Program-made: the position numbers and the translations under genes
NCBI RefSeq assembly: GCF_006345805.1
Contig: NC_043006.1
Location: 30,752,001-30,816,000, forward strand
Direction: 5' to 3'
Length of the DNA: 64,000 bases
From: Octopus sinensis
Taxonomy: Eukaryota
In this document: positions 13,101 through 27,116 of the stretch, piece after piece
Numbering within the stretch: the first letter of the stretch is position 1
Layout: each line of letters starts with the position of its first letter
Notes under the pieces: generated by a model
Seen by the model: the letters and a program-made list of their open reading frames with translations, nothing else
Databases searched by the model: none
Told to the model about the DNA's origin: nothing

Positions 13101-16100
13101 GTGGAAAATGTAATTTTATTCATCATAGTTGTCTGATGGGATGTAACGAATTGTGTTAGTGAGGGAACCTCTACATGGTATTCAACTTGCTAGAAGTAAA
13201 AGCTGAATCTCCCTCAAATCACACTCTGCTGTATTTCATAAGAACACATTGTACAATATAGTCCTAGATACACTATGTTGCTTGTGAAAATAGCCAAGAT
13301 CATCTTGGTGAAGGCACCTTTGATCATTGATCTGCTCAATCAGGGCTGGTTTTAAATTGACCACAACTACAGCTACTATATGGTGTAAAGGGAATTTTAG
13401 CCAATCAACAGCTGTTATTTTGAAATAAGGAAGTGTTTGATCAATAGTTCTGTTGTTGTTGTTGTATGACCAATCTGTATTGAGTTGTTTATTGGTTACA
13501 TGGGGAAGAGAGGGCTGTGTCCATGGTCAGTGAATTCCTTTCAAGATTAGTGGGATCAACAGGAGTTACATTCTTTTCAAATATAACAGGTTGGAGTGAA
13601 AGGACTGGGCAAAGTGGTCAGTGAAGGGGGTCTGTGAAAGTGGAGGTGGAGAGTGGGGTGACACTGTAGATCATAAGAGGAAGGGGAATGAGTGAGGAGA
13701 GGGGGCACAAGACCAGCTATGGTCCAAAAAGTAGAATTTATTGTTGTAGGGGTAGGGGTAGGAAAAGGAAGACAAGTGAGTCCTGTAGACCAAAGTAAAG
13801 GACTTCATGTCAGTCATGTGACCTTTCTTTGGATTCAGTCTAGGGTCTCTGTCTGTCTGTCTGTCTCTCTCAGATATAGAATTAGTACAACATTGTCATG
13901 ACTATTTCCTGAACTTTGAAGAGAATCAATAGTTGCTGGCAAATTAAAGTATGTTCCTGCTCTGAGGAGGTTAATCTTTCTGAATCTCCAGAATGAGATA
14001 ACAAATGATGAGACGTTGTGAGAGAGAAGAAAAGCCAGTCTACCCATGGAAAAGTACATGTAAAGTAATGATGAGGATGGTGACAGTAATACTATAGATG
14101 TATATTGCCATTGGGTGGCAAAAAAAATCATTAAACAAAATTATATTGCAGCCAAGTGAAAGCATAGTTGTGACTGTAGCCGGTGTCATGTAAATGACAC
14201 CCGTGCCAGTGGCATGTGAAAAGTACCCATTATGCTTTTGGAATGCTAGGTGTTAGGAAGGGCATCCAGCTGTAGAAACCATGACAAATCAAACTGGAAC
14301 CTGGTGCAGCCCTCCAGCTTACTAGTTCTAGTCAAGCCATCTAACCCATGCCAGCAGACGTTAAGTAATGAAGTTCCATTCCAGTGGCCTTGGTCATCTT
14401 TCTGAAGTATGCTGGTATTTTGCTACTTATTTTCTTGAACAGTAAAGTAAGTGTGAGACAAAATATGAGGGTCTGTATTGCCCACTAAAAATCTTTAAAA
14501 GCAATGCTCCAACTTGGTCACAGTCCGGTGATTGAAACCAGTAAAAGAATATTGAAATGTGTTATAAAACTGTGATGTTTCTCTTTCTGCAGGTTTTCTT
14601 TGGGATCAAGAATTTGACCCTATCCAAGTGTCAACTCGAGCTGTCTACAAAAGAGACATTCAGTCTGCCATGGACCGGTACCATGCCTAGTAAGGAAATG
14701 TTATGATAGTCTTTGTCATGATTACTTTGTTACTTCTTCAGGGATACTAAGATCCTCTTGTCGACTGTACACTTCCTTTTAAATGTTTTATTTTCTATTT
14801 ATCATCTAATTATCATATGTGATGTGTAAATGTTTGTGCATGTATATATACAGGGTGTGGTGAATATATTGTCTAAATTACGCAAAAATGAAAATATCAC
14901 TGACCACTCATTTTACCAAAATTACATGAAAATATCTTGAAATACTAAAGAGTAAATTTATTCAATAAAATGGCCATTCGCTTCAACCATAGCTTCCAGA
15001 CGACTTCGGAATGTCCTGCAGCTCTTCTGGATGGTCTCTTTGTTTAAGTTGGTGAATGCTGCCATAATCCTTGCCTTCAGTTCATCTTTGGTGTTACAAG
15101 GAGTTTTGTTGGTCTTTCACTCAAATGTGCCCCACACATACTAATCAAGGGGGTTGCAGTTTGGGGAGTTTGGTGGCCAGATGTTAGGGGTGTTGTGGTT
15201 GCAGAAATTGTCTGACAGCCATGACTGGGTTCTCCTGCTTGTGTGGCATGGTGTAGAGTCCTGTTGCCAGACATAGTCTTCCAGCAGCTACCCTCTTGAC
15301 CCAGGGCAGTACTACCTTCTCCAGGCACTTGATGTTGGCCTCCATGTTGAGTCTGAGGCCATGTAGGAAGATGAAAGGGGCATAATGTTTCCATCACTAG
15401 TGATTACTCCAATCACCATGATGTTGACTGGATGTTTGAATTTTATCACTCTTGGATCATGTTTTAAGGACTCAGATTCACACCCAACACTGTAATGTTC
15501 ATATTTGAGCTTCCGGTATGAATGCCAAACAGTACAGTATGTCATTTCCAAATTTCTGACTGAGTGAATTGCATCATAGTGCTGGTTTTCTCACAGATGG
15601 TGCCCAACTGACCCTACTAATCTGTGTAGTTGACAAAATCAAAAACAAAAATTGTGCATACACAAAATTAAAAATATAAAAATGGCAACAATTTACCCAT
15701 TACACCCAGTATGTGTGTGTATGTGTGCGTGTGTATATTCATATATATGAGCGTTTTTTTTTTTTTGCATACTGACATCTCTTTATCTCTTTCTCTGTCT
15801 CAGACACACATGCACACACACACGTATTATATGGATGGACCAGACCAACATGTAGGCTTATTTATTTATTTCAAAAGTTATCTCATTTTTGAAAATGCCT
15901 CTAGAAATGTTTTCTAAGGCAGGAGTTTGTGATAAACTGAATAGATCTTTGAATGTTATGGGCAAACTAAATCGAAAATCAGTTTGAGGTATAAATATGT
16001 GTATTTATGCATCATCATCATCAGTTAACATCTGTTTTCCATGATGGCATGGCTGGATGGTCTGCACCAAACTCTATTGTCTGCATCAGCATGGTCTTTA

Positions 16101-19100
16101 CAACTGAATGCCCTCCTAACACCAGCCATATTACAGAGTATACTGGATACTTTTTACGTGGCATCAGCCCTGGTAAAGTCACCAAGACAAAAAAAACCCC
16201 TTAAACTGATGACTTACTGCCAGGTGATTGTTAGAGGTTAAACTATGATAGAGGGACAGAAAGAGTCTGCTGTAGGAGAGATACCGCAGACATTTGTATC
16301 ATCATCAGGATATGTCATGTTTCTGCAAATTGACCAACTTTGTACGAGATCAACCACAAGCTTCATTAACTGGAATTAAATGAAGATCCAACTCAATTTT
16401 TCCTGATGAAATATGCGCATGACAATAAAATGATGAGTTATTAAACTGCTCAGTAATTCAAGTCTTCTTTATTTATCTCCCCTTCGTTACAGCTCTAGTC
16501 AGAGCCATCAGTTTACTTTTATTGTTTTATCTTTTATCTCAGTCATTAGTCTTCAGCGAATCTGGGTCACTGCCCCGAAGAGGTTTTAGTGGACCCCAGT
16601 ACTTATTTTTCTTTAAGCTTGATATTTTATTCTATCTATCTCTTTTGCCAAACCTCTGAGTTACAGGGGTTTAAATATAACGACACTGGTTACCCAGTGG
16701 TGGTTGGGGAACAAAGACACACACACACACACATGCACACACATTATGATGGACTTCTTTCAGTTTCCATCTGCCAAATCCACTCACAAGGCTATAATTG
16801 AAGACACCTACCTTGCTGCAACACCATATGAACCCAGAACCATGCTTCTTACCACACAGCCACAGCTCTGTTTATTTTGTTCTATATTTCTGTCTTTGTT
16901 GATGAACTTTGAAAATTGCTTGAGTCTCTGAAGTCTTGATTATAATAAATGCATGTGTTTGTGTGTGTGTGTGTGTGTACATGCATATGTACATACACAC
17001 CATTTTCTTTTTGCTGTTAGAGTTGACTGATCTGTTATTGATGATTGCCTCATCAGTATGAAATTTGAAGTAATGTAACTGCTCAGTCTGTTGGTGATAA
17101 TTAACAGATTCCACCTTATTTTCTATCTTCTCTACTGTATACACCTATAAATGTTACGATTCAAACAGGATTTTTATTTAAGATAAAGTTATTGAAGTTG
17201 TACTTTTTTCAATAGAATTTCATTTTTTGTTTTCCCCCAGTCTTAAGCAATCTGGGAAATACACAGGTAAAAGCACCCCATGGCCACCGATAAAGATTCC
17301 TGGTAAGATTCTGCCAGCTTATGATGGTCTCAGAAGAATGTTACATTGCAGAACACTGCATGGTTTTATCTTCTCTGTTTTGTACAAGGTAATTCACTTT
17401 ATGTCCATTATTGTTATATAACATGCCTATAAAGAATTGTTGTAATATTTCTAACATATGGTATATTTATACACAGAGCAGATTTTAACCATTTCTCCAG
17501 AGATTGAGAAATAGATGAACAACTTTAATTGATTTTCGAACCTTATTGGGTTCTCATCAGAGGCGTCCTCATCATTCTGAAAGTCTCCAGAGAAACAAGC
17601 AGCCAAACTATTTATATTCTCAGCAAATGCCGTAGTTACTCTGTAAAGGAGTTCCTAGTGTGTAGTGAAGAGTTTAATAACTAATTCTGTAAACTAAGTT
17701 AATAGCTTCATTTTAATTTTAGGCTATAGCTATTTTCTTTGCATACAAAAAAAGAACCCAGTCCACTCTGTAAAGTGGTTGGCATTAGGAAGGACATTGT
17801 CCAGCTGTAGAAACCATGCCAAAGCAGACATTGGAGCATGGTGCAGTCCTTGAACTCATCTGATCCTTTCAATCCCATCGTCAGTAACTATGGTAACCAC
17901 AATGATGATGATGATGTTTAGCTACTGGTATTAAGTATTAGGAAATGGTTCGTTAGATCCCAGACCATGTTTTACACTGGCTTGAGACTACACTTTATAC
18001 ATTATGCTTTATTGTTTGGTTGTATCAAAAGTATTATATCGTCAAAGAGTGAACATTGCATGTAAGGCTGTCTATAGATTTCAGAAACGAGACATCATCA
18101 TCATCATCATTTAACTTGATGGTTTGACTGAGGACTGGCAAGCCAGAAGGTTGCACCAGACTCCAATCTGATCCGGCAGAATTTTTACAGCTGGATACCC
18201 TTCCTAACGCCAACCACTCCAAGAGTGTAGTGGATGCTTTTTTTATGTGCCATCGACACGAGGGCCAGTTGGGCGTACTGGTATTTAATCAGTAAACAAT
18301 GATTATAGATATTGAGAATTTATTACAAGTGTAGAAACTTAACACAAAATTTTGACTGACATCTAAATTTCTCTGGATCTGAGAATGGCAGAATCAGTGA
18401 TTTGAAGATGGCATTGAAGTTTTGGTTTGTCAGTCTCTTCTGGTTGTAGGTGATTCAGTCAAGTATGGAGTTAGACACAGCTTTTGGCAGCATTGTTTCC
18501 ATGGTTCTCTCTATTGTTGCTCTTTATTACTTATAATGATGATATTAATGTTAGTCTATGTTCTACGCAATGGGACTGGATCCATCACCACATTGTTTCT
18601 AAGCAAACTCAACTCTACAGTTATGTCTGTGCCTATACTGTTGGTATTTTTTTTATGTTGGAATCCTCAGTTCACTGGAGCAGCTCCTCTGCTTCATTCA
18701 CTGGCACTATGAGTTCATATTTAGCCATGTCAACTTTTCTTTGATATGAAAATAAAGATGTAATTCAGTGTATTAATATTTATTAAAGCTTTACCTTAGC
18801 AGAATAATATTGCTTTGGATAGATAATGTCTTTGATTTTGTTACATACTTAAAATTGTTTATTTCTTAATGTAAATGAAGAAAAAAAAATTGATAAGTCT
18901 TAAGGTTAGAAAATTGCTATTTTTAAATCTCACAACAAGAAATATTCAGCAACAGTACTTTGGAGTAAAGATTGTTTGCCAACATAACATGGTAGTCCTA
19001 AGCCAGGACTGCCATGTTATGTTGCTGAATATCTCTCGTTGTGAGATTTAAAAATAGTAATTTTCTAATTTATAGTTCAGTGACTAGTTGTCACTTTGAA

Positions 19101-22100
19101 AACTATATATTTCAAACGGGAATTCGGCAGTGCCACCTCTAGCCGAACAATTATTCTGTGCTGATGAAGGGAAATAACCTGGAAATTGTGATACACAGAT
19201 ATTGTTTTGAGCTGAGTGAAAGTGCTAGATTCCCTTGTTCGAAAATATAAGGACACAGATCGTGTCATACAGCCAGCTGGAGATATTCATCCTAAACCAG
19301 GACTGCCATGTTATGTTGGCAAACAATCTTTACTCCAAAGAATGTAGTTTTCAAAGATATTCTCTCCTAAAAAATTCACCTTCAATACAACTTCTGTGAA
19401 CTGTTACATCATTTCAAGTATCAGAAAAAAACACAATTTCAAAAGACATTATGTATTTTGTTGTTCTTTGTAAACTTCCATCTGTTTTACAGTTTTCAAA
19501 ATAACTGTGGAATTTCCACCATTGTTGCTCATATATGCTATGTAACTGGGGTGTAACATAGGTATGTTTGTTCTCTTTGTTATTTGTTGCATTCAAAACT
19601 CTACTAAATGTCTGTCTATTTGCAGGCTATGAAGGAAACCCATATCTCTGAGACTATTCTCTACTTTTGTGTCTTCCTCTTGGAACTGGGCACCAGATTT
19701 CCTGCAACTGAAATTCAGGTTTGTCCTCACATTTAATTTAGTCATTTGTTTCTCTTCTTCAATTTGTTATTTTAAGACTCATAGTTTTTAAAGACATGCA
19801 TCATCATCATTAGCATTAGTTTTTCATGCTGGCTTGACAGGAACTGGCAAGACCAGGAGCTGCACCTGACGCCACTTGTCTGTTTTGGCATTGTTTCTAC
19901 AGCTGAATGCCTGTCCTAACACCAACCACTTTACAGAATGTATTGGGTGCTTTTTACATGGCACCAATGCTTTTTCTAAATTCCTTTGGAGGAATTCCAT
20001 TTCAGTTACTTGTATTCACAATTCTACTTTTTTGGTCATTAACCAATATTCATGACCACAGGTGAGGCACAAAAACCAAATTAACCTCTAATTCTTTGTA
20101 ATTAACGTGAGCTATATTATTACTAACTTTTAAAAAATGTTGATAAAATATAATTTTTCTTCATATGATATGAAAATATCAGGATTTGTCAGAAAGCTAC
20201 AATATTTCTTTGTAGAAATATTGGAAATAATATTAACAACAAGAATCTACAATATATTAGGTAAAATGGACAAACTGATGCACAGAAACATTGTTCTAAA
20301 AATTTTATTCTGTTTAATGTGATTGCATTTTAGATGTGATGATGTTAGCTTTAATCTTGAAATATTTGACAACGGAAAAGAATAGAAATCATCATCATCA
20401 TTTAACATCTGCTTTCCATGCTAGCATGGGTTGGATGATTTGACTGAGGATTGGCGAACCAGATGGCAGCACCAGGCTCCAATCTGATCTGGCAGAGTTT
20501 CTACAGCTGGATGCCCTTCCTAACGCCAACCACTCTGTGAGTGTAGCGGGTGCTTTTATGTGCCACCAGCATGAGGGCCAGTCTGGCGGTACTGGCAACA
20601 GCTACACTCAAATGGTGTTTTTTACATGCCACCTGCAGAGGAGTCAGTCCAGCGGAACTGGCAACGACCTCGCTTGAATGTTTTGCTCACGTGCCACTGG
20701 CACAAGTGCCAGTAAGGTGATGCTGGTAACAATCACACTCAAATGGTGATTTTTACGTGCCACCGGCATGGAAGCCAGACAGCTGCTCTGGCAGTGATCC
20801 CGCTCGGATGGAGCTATTAGTGCTCCACTGGCACGGGTGCCAGTCATGTTCTTTAAATTTCGTTAAGGGAAGAGAAATAAACATTAAACTGCTGACAGTG
20901 ATGATTGTGGTAATTTTTCTTACAGGAATATCGCTGCAAGAAACAGGTCAAAGATGGTGACTATGAAAATTGGTTCCCCACTGACTGTCTGCAGACAAAT
21001 GCAGCTCACAGAATTCAAGAGATACTCATTTCTGATTTCTCAAATCCAGATAAAGATCCCAGTCCTATGTCTTTTGTTGGTAAGTGATATAACATCCACT
21101 TTGGCATACAGTATACTTAGTGAAACCAGTAAAGACGCAACTATCTCTGAATGCCTACTATGTACTTTGGTACTTCCTGTGCTTCTCTTTACTTACAGTG
21201 ATTAGGTTATTCCATTTGTCATGTGGGAGGGGTGTACCATTATTACTAATTTCCTACAACAATAAGTCAAACTGTTTTCAAAGAAGCTGCTCATCAATGT
21301 CACACTTAGCCAAAAGGAATAGTTTTCTTGTTCTCTGTACAACTTGCTGAAGAATACAGACCTGACATGGGGCTGGTCCAAGATCCCAAGTGGTAGAATA
21401 GTGCTTTAGATAAGAGTATATAAGAAAGGAAAGGTAGAAAGAAAGTTTCCAGAACATGAAGATGAGAGGTGTGAGCTGCTCATGATTGTTAAGCAGTCAA
21501 CCAGAGAGAATTAAGATATTGTCAGGTGTACTCGTCAGTGAGGAATTTTGAAAATTTGGATGTTTTGTGTTATTGAAGTATTTTCACAGCTGATGAAGTT
21601 GGGGGTGGAATCTGTCTGCTAAACTGTGAATAAGCCAAATAATTTGCCTTTGGATACATCTGATTGATTGTGAGTTTGTAGTTTTATGGTCGAACATTGT
21701 CCAACCCTTAACTTATTCAATCACTTTGTTGATAATAAATAAAGGTAAAAGGTTGTATACAAAGCATTCTTATAAACACGAGTATTGCTCCCGTTTCAGT
21801 CTTCAATCTGTTGTATGTTTTCTGTGTATTTAAGATTTAATTCAACCCAACAAGTGGCCTTTATAGGTTGCTTGTGCTGCTAGAAACAACAGCTAAATGT
21901 CCCTCAATTCACACATAAATGTTCTAGAAAAAGACACATGACCAAAGATCTGTTTGATAATGGCCAAACCAGAACTAAACAAGCATTGTTCATTCAAGTT
22001 TTTTTGTATATGAATTTCAAATTCAAAACACTATCATTAGTTATTTCACATTATTTTCAAAGCTTATAAACTGGTTTTTCTTTATTTTATGATTTAATAA

Positions 22101-25100
22101 ACATTTATTTCACTTCTATTGACACTTGTGTAATATTTAATTTTATCTCTCATTCAACCTCCTCTATCTCTAGCAAATATATTTTCTAAAGACTTTGGTG
22201 CTGCCTCAAAATTATTCACTACCACGAATCCTAACTGTTCAAATTCCTCTAATAATGTGGATGATGAAGCCAGTGGCCAGATGCACATTAATTGTGATTC
22301 TAAGGATGAAGTCGAAGAGAAAGATGATACCTGTAGACGAGAGATTGTGAAAGAAAGTCTGATCTCGTTACTGATGAAACTCCATTGTAAGTTGTCTGCT
22401 AAGAAACAACCTTCTTACATCCCCACCTCAATGAGGAAGTGTTCAGAACGGTCATCAGCGGACCAAAGTAATCCTTCTGCAAACTGCGGTGATGGACCTT
22501 ACTATATTGGTCTCTTATTGGACCGACTTGCATCACAGGACTATTCCTGTTTACAAGAAACAGAAAGAATTTACCATGAAACAAAACCTAAAGTGAGAGA
22601 GAAACAACAGCCGCAAGAAAGAGGCACAGCAACATCAGAAGATCTCGAAAAAGAGGAAAGGTAAGTCATCTGGATTTGAAACTCAAGTATTTTCACTGGC
22701 AGAAAATGTGCAAAAGATTTTAATTTAATTTCTTAACAGCAACATCAACATGACATTCATAATGTATTCATTTTGATGAGTCGATTCTTTTTCTTTCACC
22801 TGCCTCATTTTCTCTCTATAACACCTGACTTTCATTGTTTTTACCACATTCTTTATTGTTTTTTTTGTTTCTCAAACATTTGTTGCAACATGTTCACAAA
22901 TATTAGTTCTTTAGTCTGAGACATTACTTTTGATTTTCTTTTCCATGAGCAAGATTTATTCTCATTTGCACATTCATTCATCTTCCTAAAACTATATCCA
23001 TACATTTTCTCTTCTTGCTAAGAATTTTTTAATGTCTTTTCTTGAATTTTTCTAGTTCTATAAATTCTTCAGTTTGACCTGTTCCACAATTCCTTACCTT
23101 TTCTTATTTAGCACTTCTACACAATTCCTTTCAAACTATGTTATTTTCCTTGCTGTCTTATTCATTACAACTAGTTAATGCCAACACCTCTGTTTGTCTC
23201 TCTTTCTCACTGTCTGAAAGGTGCTTCTTTCATCTCTTTGTTCCATTTTCAGATTCCTCTAAAAACAAAACAGTTAAGAATAATATTTTTTACATTTTTT
23301 ATAGATTTAAGTATTAATTTTTAACTTTCTGGAATAAATTTCTCAAAAGTTCCTTCATGTTAATTCCCTTTACCTTATCTAACTCTGTTATACCTAAATC
23401 TGTTATCTAGCTCTGTTATGCCTAAGTACAGTTGTCTTCCAACAGGGTTCGTCACTAAGATACCACCAGACGTGGCCTGCAATTTCACGACAAATAGTAA
23501 GAAATTAGAGGCAATTAGAGGCAAATGCATGTTTTAGTAATTTTTAATTCTGCATTCCCAATTAAATTGCAAATGTACAGTGTATTCGTTTTGTTGCTTT
23601 TATCAGACGGAAGAAGGCACGGGAACGGCAGCAGAAATTAATGGCAGAGTTTGCTTCCAAACAGAAAGCTTTCATGGAACAAGCAATGGACATGGATGGT
23701 AAATAAGAACTCTTTTCTTCTCCATCATTCTCATTCTTTATTTTGTCTCTTGTACCTTCAGATCTATTTAGTTTCAATATCTTGAACTGGATTTGTTATG
23801 TGGATAAACGAAATTAGAATGGAAGAGTTTCAACTGTGAAAACTGGCTGATTTTCCATCATCATGAGTGATTATGGTAAAGCAGATGGGAAAATGGGGAT
23901 AGGACAGTAATTTTGGTCACCAGTGCTTCTGAAAGTACTTTATTTCCAGAGAAAAGTTCTTGTGTAAAGATTTCTTTTTTTGTTTTGCAGATATCAGTGA
24001 AGATGTCCAAGATAATGGTGAGCAGTCAGTGTTAGAAGATGGTTTCCATTGTGCCATATGCAGTCAGACTATGCCAAGTACTTCAGAACGTCCTTTTGGC
24101 ATTGTGGTTCTGCTATTGTCCACTAGTGGTAAGTCACAGGATGACATATAATTATTTTGTTTGATATAAATTACTCTGTTGCAAACCATTCACCTTTAGT
24201 GACTTTGGTAGAATAGTGGAGGGACCAAAATGTATGGTTCTGGACATATTTCAGCACAAGTGGCATTTTCTGGCTCTTTTATCTTTCACTTCTCTTTCTT
24301 CAATGTCATTGTCATCATGCTCTTCATGAAAATGGTTTTCATCGCTACTACTATTACTGCTGCTTGAATGTTGATTTAACGTCACAATAGGTTTACCTTC
24401 ATATCTGGAGTGAATGGATTTTTATTCAGTTGTATTGGTATTTTTTAAAAAGAAAAATCATGTCTGAATTCTTTGCCATTTTGTTTATCTATTTTTTTCC
24501 AATGTTATTTGTTAGTTCTTGGTCATTGTCCAAGTCAAGAACAACGGCGACATTTGCCAGTTGGGAAGATGAAGTTCAAACGTGTACCGTTGTCTTGTGC
24601 AGATATTAGGAAACAACATCTTAACCTTATAATGAAATATTATTCAGAGGTAAGTTTATCAAAACAACTTCTTGGACATTGTCTGTTATTCATTTAGTTG
24701 TTGTTTCAGATTATCTTATTAGACAGTATATGAAATATTGATTTCTCTAAGCTAAACAAGAAAAGCCTTTTTTGTATGTCAAAGTTTTGTAGTCGATAGA
24801 ATCAACTCTTGTAGTTATTTTGTATTCTGTCTTGTCTAATGAGAGAAAAACTGGGACTTAGAAATTAAACTTGGAACATAGAAGGGTTTAACTGAATTAT
24901 CATCATCTAGCATCTGATAAACACTAGTGTCTTGGTAGAGAGGAACTACAAGGCTATCTGACATTCTATAGAGGTGGATGGGAGTGATGGAGTCAGTTCT
25001 CAAGGTACAAAGGAGATGAACATAAAAGGGAATATACAGACAGTAGATGCTGTAAATCATTTGGTCTGCTGTCTTAAACAAAGAAGGCTATGAGTGTGCT

Positions 25101-26815
25101 ACCTTTCCTCTTCAGCTCTCCAATAAAAAGAAAGCAGATCTGAAACATTCAACAGATTCAAAATACTATTTCTTAAACTCTCCACAAAAATAAATTTAGC
25201 TATTGTTGTTGTTATTAAGACTTTAATATTGTTTTAAATATTATTTCTATGATATTAAGGATACTCATATTAATTATTTGTGTACATGTCTACCAAGAAA
25301 TAAGTCCTCATTTGATTTTCAATGAAGTTATATGATAGTATTGTTGTTGTTCTTCTTTTCTTTCCCAGACATCTGTTTGTAAATCTGTCAATATAGGCTG
25401 GGAAGGTGGCGTTTTAGTACAATCTTGTGGCCATTACCTTCACCTGGATTGCCATAAGCAGTACTTAGAATCATTAAAGGTAAGTCTTCAAGTAATGGTT
25501 TGGATAAAATGTTTCATTTTGATGATTGCTTTGATGGCAGTTGCTGTAATGACATTGTTGCTAGAAGAAGGAGGAGCATGGCTGTGTGGTAAGAAGCTGG
25601 CTTCCCAGCCACATGGTTCCAGTTTCAGTCCCACTGCATAGCACCTTGGCAAAGTGCTTTCTACTATAGCCTCAGGCTGACCAAAGCTTTGTGGGTGGAT
25701 TTGGTAGAGGGAAACTGAAAGAAGCCTGTCATTATTGATATGTGTGTGTGTATCTCTTTATGATTGTGCGTCTGCCCAACCTCCTGACAACCAGTGTTAG
25801 TGTTGTTTATGTCCCTGTAACTTAGCAGTTTGGCAAAAGAGTCCAATAAAATAGGTACCAAAACTATAAAAAAATAACTACTGGGGTTGATGTATTCAAC
25901 TAAAAATTCTTCAAGCCGGTGCTCCAGCATGGCCACAGTCTAATGGCTGAAACAAGTAAGAAATAAAAACCACCCATTTGGTTCATGCAGCATAGAAAAT
26001 GAATGCTAAATGACCCCAAAATATATATAAAAAAAAAGAAAGAATGAAATCCAATTAAATCTTAATTGTATGCTTAAACTAGATTTTTTTTTCTTTTTTT
26101 TAGGGGCCATATCTCCAACAGACTCTGGCTGTGAACGATGGAGAGTACTGGTGTCCTGTGTGCCGTCAGCTTGCAAATGCTGTCATTCCTATAATTCCTA
26201 ACGACAGGAAACCAACACCAATTCCTCCACCAACGGATGCTAACAATCTGCAGAAAATGGCACAAGACATTGAACAGTTACTGCAACAACAGGCACAAGC
26301 CAGTGTAAGTCACTGCATCCCATCTCTCTCTCTCTCTCTCTTGCTATATATATATATATATATATATATACTATATATATTTTTCCGCGCCGGTGGCACG
26401 TAAAAAGCACCATCCGACCGTGGCCGTTGCCAGCTTCGTCTGGCACGTAAAAAGCACCCACTACACTCACGGAGTGGTTGGCATTAGGAAGGGCATCCAG
26501 CTGTAGAAACACTGCCAGATCAGACTGGGCCTGGTGCAGCCTTCTGGCTTCCCAGACCCCAGTTGAACCGTCCAACCCATGCCAGCATGGAAAGCAGACG
26601 TTAAATGATGATGATGATAGATATATATATATCTAGGGCCACCTTCGTTCATGGCTGACCATAGGTATCACATCGCTTGGCTTGAGCAGTGCCTCCTGTG
26701 GCTATGGAGACCAATGCGAGAATGACAGTGTCTCGGTCACATAGATCGCATTTGTGTATGGGTTCTGGTCTGTCGGCTGTCGATCCCTTACATTGTGCTC
26801 ACTTTTATATATATA

Positions 26816-26853
<38 letters not shown>

Positions 26854-26863
26854 GTGTGTATAA

Positions 26864-26896
<33 letters not shown>

Positions 26897-27076
26897 GTTG
26901 TGTGTGTGTATAAAAAGGTTGAATTAGATTTGTCCTTTAATTTGAAGGTTTCCAAAAAAGATTTCTAATATTGATTCTTCATATTTTGGTGGTAGTTTAC
27001 AGGCGTAAATTTGTGAATTTATGGAAAGAAATCCCATAAAACTCAACAATTTTGTTTAAAATGGAGAAGAGAAGAT

Positions 27077-27116
<40 letters not shown>

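Noticed and set aside
16470-16560. Hammerhead-like CTGATG-GCTCT/AGAGC on the - strand
   Set aside because: A9 and the GAAA core are missing; too degenerate to call.
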